Positions 48,896-57,077 of a stretch of DNA of 64,000 bases are shown piece by piece. A program made the translations under genes and the position numbers. This DNA comes from Candidatus Bathyarchaeia archaeon (GTDB taxonomy: Archaea > Thermoproteota > Bathyarchaeia > Bathyarchaeales > Bathycorpusculaceae), in NCBI GenBank assembly GCA_037481775.1, contig JBBFKZ010000008.1, positions 1 to 64,000 on the forward strand. Direction: 5' to 3'. How positions within the stretch are numbered: position 1 is the stretch's first letter; each line of letters starts with the position of its first letter. Under the pieces are notes generated by a model. The model did no database searches. It worked only from the letters and a program-made list of their open reading frames with translations, and had not been told where the DNA came from.

Positions 48896-49723
48896 CTAAT
48901 GCAGGCGGTATCCACGGGGCGTGACCATTCTTTCATTGACGATTCTAGTGGTGGAGTTGCCCACGATTATTGCTGTAGCCATGTCTATCTCATGTTCGAG
49001 CATGCTTCCGAGCGTAGTGATGACCACTTTTTCGCCGTCTCGTCCAACCGCCTTAACAATGCCAACAGGGGTCTCCTGGCTTCTGTATTTAAGTAGGATT
49101 TGATGCGCTTTCGCTAAAGGTTCTTTACGGCCTTGACTTTGGGGATTATATAGCACAATCACAAAATCAGCTTCCGCCGCAGCGTTCAACCTTTTTTCGA
49201 TAAGCTGCCAAGGAGTCAGAAGGTCGCTGAGGCTTATTACGGCGAAATCGCCAACCAAAGGCGCTCCAAGCGCGGCCGCTGCCGCTGTTGCCGCTGTTAC
49301 TCCTGGAATAATTTCTATGGGAACAGCTGCTTTTTCATTGGCTGCAACTTCCAAAACCACGCCAGCCATGCCATAAACCCCTGGATCGCCACTGCTAATC
49401 ACGGCTACCCGCTTGTTTTCCAACGCCTTAGCCACAGCCACTCTCGCTCTCTCAACTTCTTGTCCCATACCTCCCGAGATAACCTCGATGGCGCTTGTGA
49501 TTACTGGCTGGATTAGTTTTATGTAGGTTTTATAGCCTATAATGACATCCGCGGCTTCTATCGCTTGCCTAGCTTTAGGTGTAAGGTGCTCAAGGCCGCC
49601 GGGTCCTATGCCGACTACGCTTATTCGCCCTCGGCTATGGCCACTGTTACACCATTCAGCTTCATTTTCTTTAGAATCAGTTTTGCTTTTGCTCCTGCTT
49701 CTATCAATGCTGCTCGTTCGCAT
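48896..49723 (-). CDS. cbiH: Cobalt-precorrin-3B C17-methyltransferase; start uncertain, possibly frameshifted fusion with cbiG
   Basis: VVGIGPG, SSGDPGVYGMAG, LGAPL..DFAVISLSDLLTPW, YNPQS, TPRGY. Confidence 0.9.
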   Translation of the reverse strand: MRTSSIDRSRSKSKTDSKENEAEWCNSGHSRGRISVVGIGPGGLEHLTPKARQAIEAADVIIGYKTYIKLIQPVITSAIEVISGGMGQEVERARVAVAKALENKRVAVISSGDPGVYGMAGVVLEVAANEKAAVPIEIIPGVTAATAAAAALGAPLVGDFAVISLSDLLTPWQLIEKRLNAAAEADFVIVLYNPQSQGRKEPLAKAHQILLKYRSQETPVGIVKAVGRDGEKVVITTLGSMLEHEIDMATAIIVGNSTTRIVNERMVTPRGYRLH

Positions 49724-50706
49724 ACTCCTCCAACACCAATTTTTTGTTCCACTAATGGCGAATCAGGTGAAAGATCTACATGTTTTAGAGCCCGAAGCGC
49801 CTCAATTTCCAAGAAAGCAACGGACAACCCTAATTTTTTAGCAGCGCCTAGAATAGCTGCTGAATCCTTTTTTATGCTGACGGTGGCCAAGCGGTCAACA
49901 CGCTCCAGCGGAAGATCCACACGCGCCAAAGCGTATTTCACAGCTTCTACAACTTCATTTTCACTGACGTTTTCTCTTGCGCCTAAGCCCACAACCACCG
50001 TTTTAGGTTTAAGTATTGTAGCAGGCTTTGCCAACTGATCCTTAGGCACTTTCTCTCTTGTGATGAGTGCGCCTGCATCGAAGTCATTCAAGATTTCTAT
50101 GGCTTTCTTGATGCTGTCCGCTTGTTTTATTTCATAACCTGAAATTTTGTTTTCTGGAATTTTTACGTCGCCGACCAAAACAAGAGCCAGTCGGCTGTCG
50201 TTCACCAGCGCGGCGTTTACTGCTGTGAGGCTCTCAGGGTTCTCTATGGATAAATGAAGAGTTAGGGCAAGTTCTTCGATGCTTTGTTTTCCCATTACAT
50301 CGGATGCGGTAGTGATGACTGGCACTGCATCTATCCCCTCAGCAAGCAGTCTTGCAAGTTCGTTAGCTCTTCCGTAATGTCCAGAAAGCAGGCTGATGAC
50401 GAAACGGCCGGAAGCATCAACACATAAAACCGCAGGGTCAACCAGCTTGCTCTCGAGGTATGGCGCAACTGCCCGGATGATTATTCCCGTAGCCATGACT
50501 GCTATTATGGCGTCGACTTTGCGGTAAATTTCCTTGATGAACTCGTCAAGTTTCTTATCCAGCGAGGATACGCCGGCCTGGAGGTATTTTTCTGGCGCAA
50601 ACACCTTGCAAGGTAAACCTAACGCATCCAGTGCGGCTTTGATTTTAAGTGCAGTTTCTACGCCGCGGCGCGTGATCGCGATGACAGCTATACCTCGCTC
50701 AAACAT
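49621..50706 (-). CDS. cbiG: Cobalt-precorrin-5A hydrolase
   Basis: MATGIIIR, DPAVLCVD, SLLSGHYGRAN, PVITTASD, GVCERAAL, GVTVAIA. Start placed at ATG 50706. Confidence 0.9.
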   Translation of the reverse strand: MFERGIAVIAITRRGVETALKIKAALDALGLPCKVFAPEKYLQAGVSSLDKKLDEFIKEIYRKVDAIIAVMATGIIIRAVAPYLESKLVDPAVLCVDASGRFVISLLSGHYGRANELARLLAEGIDAVPVITTASDVMGKQSIEELALTLHLSIENPESLTAVNAALVNDSRLALVLVGDVKIPENKISGYEIKQADSIKKAIEILNDFDAGALITREKVPKDQLAKPATILKPKTVVVGLGARENVSENEVVEAVKYALARVDLPLERVDRLATVSIKKDSAAILGAAKKLGLSVAFLEIEALRALKHVDLSPDSPLVEQKIGVGGVCERAALIEAGAKAKLILKKMKLNGVTVAIAEGE

Positions 50707-51469
50707 CTTTAACGCCTTTTCTAAAGCCCGTTGTGAAAGAAGGCTCATAGAGCTTGGAGAAATCGAAAGCTTCAGGGTTTAATACGCGTCCCACGAAGAT
50801 CAGAGCCGTCTTAGTTATTCCAGCAGCCCGAACTTTCTCAACTATGTCGCCTAAGGTGCCCTTAACGATCTTCTGATCAGGCCACGTAGCCTTGTACACT
50901 ACAGCAGCAGGCGTGTCTTCTGGGTATCCGCCTTTTTTGAGTTCTTCAACAACCTCGGCTATTTGCGGCGTGCCGAGAAAGATTACCATGGTAGCTTGAT
51001 GCCTCGCAAGTTTTCGTATGCTTTCAGACTTAGGCACGGGTGTTCTGCCTTCAGGACGCGTGATGATAACGGTTTGTGAAACATTAGGTAACGTCAACTC
51101 ACGCTTCAGACTCGCCGCGGAACCCTGTAAACAGCTTACACCTGGAATTATGGTGTAGGGGATCTGCTCTTTTTCGAGAAAAGCAATTTGCTCTTGAATG
51201 GCGCCGTAAAAGCTTGGATCGCCATCATGTACTCTGGCCACAAGCTTGCCTTCCCGGGCAGCTTTGGCGAATACTGCGAAAACTTCATCTCGGTGCATTT
51301 TGGCACTGTCGTATAGCTCCACGTTAGGCTTAGCGTACTTGAGAATTTCAGGGTTCAGAAGCGAGCCCGTGTATATGACAACATCAGCTTTTTCAAGCAT
51401 TTTCTTTCCTTTGATGGTTATAAGCTCAGGGTCGCCTGGGCCCGCGCCTATGAAGACAACTTGACTCAC
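50699..51469 (-). CDS. cbiF: Cobalt-precorrin-4 C11-methyltransferase
   Basis: FIGAGPGDPELITIKG, YTGSL, RVHDGDPSFYGAI, ELTLPNVSQTVIITR, YKATWPD, SKLY. Confidence 0.93.
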   Translation of the reverse strand: MSQVVFIGAGPGDPELITIKGKKMLEKADVVIYTGSLLNPEILKYAKPNVELYDSAKMHRDEVFAVFAKAAREGKLVARVHDGDPSFYGAIQEQIAFLEKEQIPYTIIPGVSCLQGSAASLKRELTLPNVSQTVIITRPEGRTPVPKSESIRKLARHQATMVIFLGTPQIAEVVEELKKGGYPEDTPAAVVYKATWPDQKIVKGTLGDIVEKVRAAGITKTALIFVGRVLNPEAFDFSKLYEPSFTTGFRKGVKDV

Positions 51470-52230
51470 AATAAATCCTCCTTTTCTCGATTAATTGGAA
51501 ACTCGCTCCTCTTTACTATTGCCATGGAAAAATAATCTTCAGGTATATTCCACTCTGGAACATCGCCTAATCTACCGATGATAACAGCCTCGTCGGACAT
51601 GCCACATCTTCTAACCAGCGCAACTGTAGCGTTCTTGGTAAATCCTGATTTCTCTAAAATTGGCATGAGAGCTTTGAATCGGTGAGCGCATTTCATGAAA
51701 ACTATGTTATCTGCGTGTTCAGCAGTTTCTTCGATGAGCTTAAAATCAATGTCTGAGGGTATAATTGCGATTACTTCGTCCTTTTCAGCCAAAGGCACTT
51801 GAGCCCGCGCGGCACAGGCGGTTAAGGATGTCACTCCTGGGATTATTTCCATAGTTACATGGGGATATTTCTGTTTTAAAGTTTGAAAAAGATAAATGAA
51901 TGTGCTGTAGAAAAATGGGTCGCCAAGTGTGATGAACGCTATTGTTTTTCCGCTTTCAGCTTTTTCAGCGATCAAGCGAGCACTTTCAGCCCAGCACTTT
52001 TTGGCTTCAGATTCATTTTTTGTCATTGGAAAGACTAACTCGAGCACCTCGGCGGGTTTCGCCCGTTCTTCTAAAATGTGTTTGATGAGGCTAAGCGCTA
52101 TACTCGGCGCGTCAGCATGAGTTTTGGGAACCGCAATCACGTCAACTGTTTTCAAAGTTTTTACAGCCTTGACGGTTATAAGTTCAGGGTCGCCTGGGCC
52201 TACGCCTATGCCGATGAACTTGCCAACCAA
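51466..52230 (-). CDS. cbiL: Cobalt-factor II (precorrin-2) C20-methyltransferase
   Basis: GIGVGPGDPELITVKA, FPMTK, FITLGDPFFYSTF, PGVTS, YFS. Confidence 0.92.
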   Translation of the reverse strand: MVGKFIGIGVGPGDPELITVKAVKTLKTVDVIAVPKTHADAPSIALSLIKHILEERAKPAEVLELVFPMTKNESEAKKCWAESARLIAEKAESGKTIAFITLGDPFFYSTFIYLFQTLKQKYPHVTMEIIPGVTSLTACAARAQVPLAEKDEVIAIIPSDIDFKLIEETAEHADNIVFMKCAHRFKALMPILEKSGFTKNATVALVRRCGMSDEAVIIGRLGDVPEWNIPEDYFSMAIVKRSEFPINREKEDLL

Positions 52231-52240
52231 ACTTTTCCAC

Positions 52241-52834
52241 CTACACTTTTGTAGCAGATATTATTGTAATTGGATTCCTAGCCAGCATCATGGTTCCTGA
52301 AGGAATTGCCTGCCCTTTAGCCACGAAAACCGTTGTCACATCTATTTCTTTGAAGCCTAACTTTTTCATTTCATCCAGAGCAGTAAAGCTTGTTTCCAGA
52401 AGTATTGCGTTCACAACGATGCGGCCATTTTTCTTTAGTTTCTGATGGGAAGCACGCAGCACTTCTCTTAGAACACGGCTTCCGCCCACGAACACCGTGT
52501 CAGCCACAGGCAGATGCAGCAAGACTTCAGGTGCCTTCTCGTTTATAACTTGCACGATGCTCTGCAGATTAAACTTTGCAACGTTAATCTTGGTTAACTC
52601 CACAGCCTTCACATCTTCGTCTATAGCGAAGACTTTGCCTGTGGGAGCTACCTGAAGCGCGGCTTCAACGGTTAATCCGCCTGTGCCGCAGCCAACATCG
52701 ATGACGCAGAAGCCCTCTTTGAGACGCGCTTTCGAGATAGTTAGGGCTCTTATCTCTTCTTTTGTAGGTCCCGGCACAGCCTCATCTTGAGTGAACATAG
52801 TGTCGGGAATGCCGGGCGTCTTATACGTCCACAT
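52241..52834 (-). CDS. cbiT: Cobalt-precorrin-6B C15-methyltransferase (decarboxylating)
   Basis: PGIPD..F, PTKEEIRA, DVGCGTGG, FVGGS, NAILLET, ARNPITI. Start placed at ATG 52834. Confidence 0.92.
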   Translation of the reverse strand: MWTYKTPGIPDTMFTQDEAVPGPTKEEIRALTISKARLKEGFCVIDVGCGTGGLTVEAALQVAPTGKVFAIDEDVKAVELTKINVAKFNLQSIVQVINEKAPEVLLHLPVADTVFVGGSRVLREVLRASHQKLKKNGRIVVNAILLETSFTALDEMKKLGFKEIDVTTVFVAKGQAIPSGTMMLARNPITIISATKV

Positions 52835-53531
52835 GACAATCACCATCTTGGCATTCAGCCGCATGCTTGTGTTGCGGTCTTATGGCTAATACGCATAATG
52901 AGCTAAAACTCATTGTTGAGATTTCTTCCAAGGTACTTGAAATGATCTTTTCATTATTAAGGGTAAGGTTTTCACACACAAATACAGGTGTTTTGTCGCT
53001 AACTCCATTGGCTATAAGAAACTTGGCAATCTCGCTTGGCGGAAAAGCCTTAGGCTCTGGAAGAAGCAGAACATCTTTGCCTTTCTTTACGGCTTCAACA
53101 AGCTCCGCCTGCTTGGCGTTGTCGACGCCCCTGTGGAAACTGAAAAGGCGCGCGTTATCCCAGCACATGCAGAGGCGGGCTGCGCATACTTGCAGCGCAC
53201 TTACGCCTGGAATAACTTCTACTTCAACATGCCTTGCCCTGACAACGCTGAGAAAGGTGCCTAGTAGACCTGAGAAACTGGGGTCGCCTGTTGACAGCAA
53301 AACAACCGCTTTTCCTTCCTCTGCCGCGGCAACAGCTTGCTGAAGAAGATCGTTCACGTTTTTGGCGGTCAACTCTAATGCTTCGCCCTTTATGTCGCCC
53401 GCGAACAGGCGCAGTACTCTTTCAGCGCCGATGACTAACTGAGCGTTTTGCACGGCTTTCCGGGCTATGGGCGGAATGTATTCTGGCGAGCCTGGGCCTG
53501 CACCGACGATTGTGACTTTAGCCACTCTCAT
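52821..53531 (-). CDS. cbiE: Cobalt-precorrin-7 C5-methyltransferase
   Basis: IVGAGPG, LSTGDPSFSG, PGVSALQ, SFH, ENLT. ATG at 53531 overlaps the cbiD stop. Confidence 0.9.
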   Translation of the reverse strand: MRVAKVTIVGAGPGSPEYIPPIARKAVQNAQLVIGAERVLRLFAGDIKGEALELTAKNVNDLLQQAVAAAEEGKAVVLLSTGDPSFSGLLGTFLSVVRARHVEVEVIPGVSALQVCAARLCMCWDNARLFSFHRGVDNAKQAELVEAVKKGKDVLLLPEPKAFPPSEIAKFLIANGVSDKTPVFVCENLTLNNEKIISSTLEEISTMSFSSLCVLAIRPQHKHAAECQDGDCHVDV

Positions 53532-54604
53532 GCACTCTCCACGCTGTTCCATGTGCCCAAAACGTCGCCTTCCAGCGAAACAAGTATCACGTTTACTTTG
53601 ACTTTACTTTTCGCTCTTTCAATAACCCGAGAAGCGATTCTTGTAGCGATTTTTTCAAAAGTCTGCTTTACTATGTTAGCTTGCTTAAGAAGCATTATGG
53701 CTTCTTCAGTGGTGTTTGACGTTAAAATCTTATTTACAAGCTGCGAATCAGCGCCGGCGGCAGCAGCATACGCTGCGATAACTTCGCTTCTTGCATCAGC
53801 CACTTTATGATGCGTATTAAAGATTCCCGCGGCTAACTTCACAAGCTTTCCAGGATGACCGAGCAAGGTAATTTCCTTTACTCCCTTCTCAATTGCCTTG
53901 TCAAGCATGTAACCCATAAAGTCGCCAGTCTGAATTATGGCCTCGTCTGGAACATTAAAGAGTTGCTTAGTTATCCGCTCGCCTATATTTCCAGGCACCA
54001 GAAACACGCGGTCGTAGCCCTTAGCCAGCGCCACGTCAATTTGAGGAACCAGCGAGCGCTTACAAGCTTCCAGCGACAACGGCTTCACCACGCCAGTTGT
54101 TCCGAGAATGGAGATGCCGCCTGTTACACCTAACTTGGCGTTTAGGGTTTTTTTAGCCACTTTCTCGCCTTCAGGAACGCTTATGACAACTTCCGCGCCT
54201 TTCCCCGGAGGAAGCGCTTCTTTAACAGCGGCGATTATCATGCTTCTCGGCACAGGATTAATGGCGGACTCGCCTATGGGCACTTGCAGCCCAGGCTTTG
54301 TTACTACGCCGACGCCCGCGGCGCCCTTCACCGTAATCTTGCCATCATCTGTCAGCCGTACGGAGGCATGGATCTCCAATTTATCTGTAACGTCAATGTC
54401 GTCGCCAGCATCCTTCACAACCACAGCTACTCCGGCATCGCCAAGTTTCCTGCTTTCTTTGACTGGAATCTCGAAGCGGATACCAATTGGTGTAGGAATA
54501 ACCACCCTGTCGACTGGAGCGGAAGTCAATGCTATGGCTGCTGCTTTAGCGGCTGCGGCAGCACATGCTCCCGTGGACAGGCCATATTTTAAAAATCGCG
54601 CCAT
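53528..54604 (-). CDS. cbiD: Cobalt-precorrin-5B C1-methyltransferase
   Basis: GLSTGACAAAAAKAA, KDAGDDIDVT, AINPVPR, GGISILGTTG, GHPGKLVKLAAGIFNTH. Confidence 0.95.
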   Translation of the reverse strand: MARFLKYGLSTGACAAAAAKAAAIALTSAPVDRVVIPTPIGIRFEIPVKESRKLGDAGVAVVVKDAGDDIDVTDKLEIHASVRLTDDGKITVKGAAGVGVVTKPGLQVPIGESAINPVPRSMIIAAVKEALPPGKGAEVVISVPEGEKVAKKTLNAKLGVTGGISILGTTGVVKPLSLEACKRSLVPQIDVALAKGYDRVFLVPGNIGERITKQLFNVPDEAIIQTGDFMGYMLDKAIEKGVKEITLLGHPGKLVKLAAGIFNTHHKVADARSEVIAAYAAAAGADSQLVNKILTSNTTEEAIMLLKQANIVKQTFEKIATRIASRVIERAKSKVKVNVILVSLEGDVLGTWNSVESA

Positions 54605-54610
54605 TGCTGG

Positions 54611-55684
54611 TTAATCCCTTTTGGTTTTAACTTCCTGCTCAGCCAGAGAAAGCAGGGCGTTCAAGATTGCCACTGCCACGGTGCTTCCGCCTTTGCGGCC
54701 TCTAACAATCACGAAAGGAATGGGCAGCTTTGAAATGGCTTCTTTGGACTCAGCGGCGCCAACATAGCCCACGGGAACAGCGATGATTAGGGCTGGTTTA
54801 GCTAAGCCTTGCTTAACTGCGTCGGCAAGTTCGAACGCAGCAGTGGGAGCATTACCGATAACCACGATGGCGCCGTCTAAGCCGTCTTTTACTGCTAAGC
54901 GCATTGCAGCAGCCGCCCGTGTTATCGATTCATCATTAGCTAACTTTATGGCGCGTTTATCATCGATGTACGTGAGGATCTTGGCGCTGAATTTCTTAAG
55001 TCGTGCCTCATTTATGCCTGCCTTTACCATTTTCACATCTGTCACTATTTTTGCGCCGGCTTTGATAGCCGCGATACCGGCGTCCACGGCTTTTTCGCTG
55101 ATAATTAGCAGTTTGGCAAATTCAGGGTCAGCAGTAGCGTGGACAACTCGCTCGATAATGGGCACATTCGAAGGCGGCACATTTTCCAGGAAATCTCCGA
55201 GCGCCTGCCGAATGAGACACATGCTGGTTTTAGCAATCTCGTTTGAGGCTGTTATTGCATACGGGTCAATCAATACATTATCTTCTTTGACTTCTTGACC
55301 GAGCGCCTTCAAGGCTTTTTCTTCTATTATCTCAGCTATCCGCGCGTCAGCGCCTAAAGGTTCACCGTACACAAGCTCTATTCCACGTCCTTTCAGCAAG
55401 GGTTCTTTTTCCTTCATTGCTATGAGTTCTGGAATTTCGCGGGTCGTGTGTACACCAGGCGCAAGAAAGGCAGGAACCAAAACAATCTTTGACACACCCT
55501 TCTTAGCTAGGCTTTCGATTGCGTCAGGAATGGTTGGGGTATTTCTCACCATAAAGGCGATTTCAACCGTTTTGAATATAGCTCTCTTTCGTAAAATGTC
55601 AGCCAACTTCTCCAAGTTTTCCCTGTTATGAGGAAGTTTGCTGCCATGTCCGATTATGATTAAGCCTACTTTGTCCATAAACAC
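54611..55684 (-). CDS. cbiXC: Fused sirohydrochlorin cobaltochelatase (short CbiX) / cobalt-precorrin-8 methylmutase (CbiC)
   Basis: N-terminal IGHGS...PAFLAPGVHTTREIP...EPLG (CbiX); C-terminal RVVHATAD, TDVKMV, IGNAPTA, PVGYVGAAESK, GRKGGS (CbiC). Confidence 0.9.
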   Translation of the reverse strand: MFMDKVGLIIIGHGSKLPHNRENLEKLADILRKRAIFKTVEIAFMVRNTPTIPDAIESLAKKGVSKIVLVPAFLAPGVHTTREIPELIAMKEKEPLLKGRGIELVYGEPLGADARIAEIIEEKALKALGQEVKEDNVLIDPYAITASNEIAKTSMCLIRQALGDFLENVPPSNVPIIERVVHATADPEFAKLLIISEKAVDAGIAAIKAGAKIVTDVKMVKAGINEARLKKFSAKILTYIDDKRAIKLANDESITRAAAAMRLAVKDGLDGAIVVIGNAPTAAFELADAVKQGLAKPALIIAVPVGYVGAAESKEAISKLPIPFVIVRGRKGGSTVAVAILNALLSLAEQEVKTKRD

Positions 55685-55693
55685 TCACTTCAA

Positions 55694-56977
55694 TTAACTT
55701 GGTTCCAAACCGAACAATTTTATTGCAAATTCTATAAGTTTCTTGTCACCGTCTCGTGCGGCTGAACGTAGATTCTCAACTATTGGCACATAAGTCCGCT
55801 TAAGCAAGATGAACGTCAAATCTTCTATGATCTTCTTCTCTTTCGCGCTGACAGATCCCAACATTTTAAGCGCCTCGGCAAGTTCTTTTTGCCGTATTTC
55901 TTCAGCACGTGCGAACAACAATGAAACGATGTCGCTAACAGAGAGGATTTTTATGTCTCTATTCAGCAAGACCAATTCTCTTTCTATGATTTCAGAGGCT
56001 TGTTCTATACTTTTCTGGCGTTTTTGCTTATTCTTTTCAGCTATTAATTGAAGATCATCAATGTCATAAAGTTTTACTTTCTCTACTTCTTGTGCTGCCT
56101 TCTCGACATTTCTCGGGTTTGAAATGTCAATTATGATCAAATCATTGGTGTTTTGACGTTGAGCCATTACTTTCGAAATCGTGCTCTTAGTTAACAAGTA
56201 ATGCGGTGCAGATGTGGAGCAAATAACTACGTCCGCGTCTGAAAGAACCTTCTCTAATTTATCAAATCGTACCGCTCTGCCTGAAAGTTCTTCGGCAAGT
56301 TTTACCGCCCGCTCATATGTCCTATTAGCTATGAAAATAGGTTTTAGACAGCGCCGAGCTAAAGCCTTAGCTACAAGCGTGCCCATCTCTCCTGCGCCCA
56401 TCACTAGAATTTTCTTTTCATCAAGTTTGCCCAGCAACGATTCAGCCAGCTCAACTGCAGCGGATCCAATTGACACGGCGCCTTTGTTAATACCAGTTTC
56501 TTTTCTTACGCGTCTCCCAACGCTCACTGCTCGCATGAACAGGTGCTTAAGGACTATGCCAGCAGTCTTTGCCGATGCGGCGTCTAAATAGGCTTCCCAA
56601 ACCTGATTGAGAATTTGATCTTCACCTATAACCATTGATTCTAGCCCAGAAGCAAGCCGTAAAATATGCCTGAGAGCATCGCCATCCAACGCGTACTCGA
56701 TGGCACTATAGACGTCATCGACTAATCCGCCGGCTCGCTTAGCCAGAAAATCTTTTGCATTCTTGGCGACCTTTTCGCCTTCTTTGCTTACAAGGTAAAA
56801 CTCAACGCGGTTACATGTTTGGAGAAGAACGCATTCATCAACGTTTTCCATGGCGTGAATAATTTTTAGTGCTTCTCGGGTATCTTTGAACGTTACTGCC
56901 TCAATTAAGGGAAGACGCGCCGTTTTATGCGTGATTCTTACGTTGATTATGTGGAGGTCGTCAGCCGAAGAATGCAT
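55694..56977 (-). CDS. hemA: Glutamyl-tRNA reductase
   Basis: LQTCNRVEFY, SGLESMVIGEDQILNQV, SIGSAAV, GAGEMG, NRT, DISNPRNVE. Confidence 0.95.
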   Translation of the reverse strand: MHSSADDLHIINVRITHKTARLPLIEAVTFKDTREALKIIHAMENVDECVLLQTCNRVEFYLVSKEGEKVAKNAKDFLAKRAGGLVDDVYSAIEYALDGDALRHILRLASGLESMVIGEDQILNQVWEAYLDAASAKTAGIVLKHLFMRAVSVGRRVRKETGINKGAVSIGSAAVELAESLLGKLDEKKILVMGAGEMGTLVAKALARRCLKPIFIANRTYERAVKLAEELSGRAVRFDKLEKVLSDADVVICSTSAPHYLLTKSTISKVMAQRQNTNDLIIIDISNPRNVEKAAQEVEKVKLYDIDDLQLIAEKNKQKRQKSIEQASEIIERELVLLNRDIKILSVSDIVSLLFARAEEIRQKELAEALKMLGSVSAKEKKIIEDLTFILLKRTYVPIVENLRSAARDGDKKLIEFAIKLFGLEPS

Positions 56978-56994
56978 GGATGGATAAACCGACC
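56978..56994. promoter_or_regulatory. 17-bp palindromic operator copy E (hemA-cbiXC-cbiDETLFGH operon)
   Basis: GGATGGATAAACCGACC abutting the hemA ATG; TATA-like TTAAATATAA at 56998-57007. Confidence 0.6.
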
Positions 56995-57077
56995 GCCTTA
57001 AATATAAGCCTTGCCGTAATTAAAGAAAAGAGGGGCGACCGGCAATCAAATTAAAGCGCAGAATCGGATTAGCCTAC

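Noticed and set aside
52821-52870. His/Cys-rich C-terminal tail of CbiE (HKHAAECQDGDCHVDV)
   Set aside because: It overlaps the RBS and start of cbiT, so the composition is probably a by-product of the overlap.
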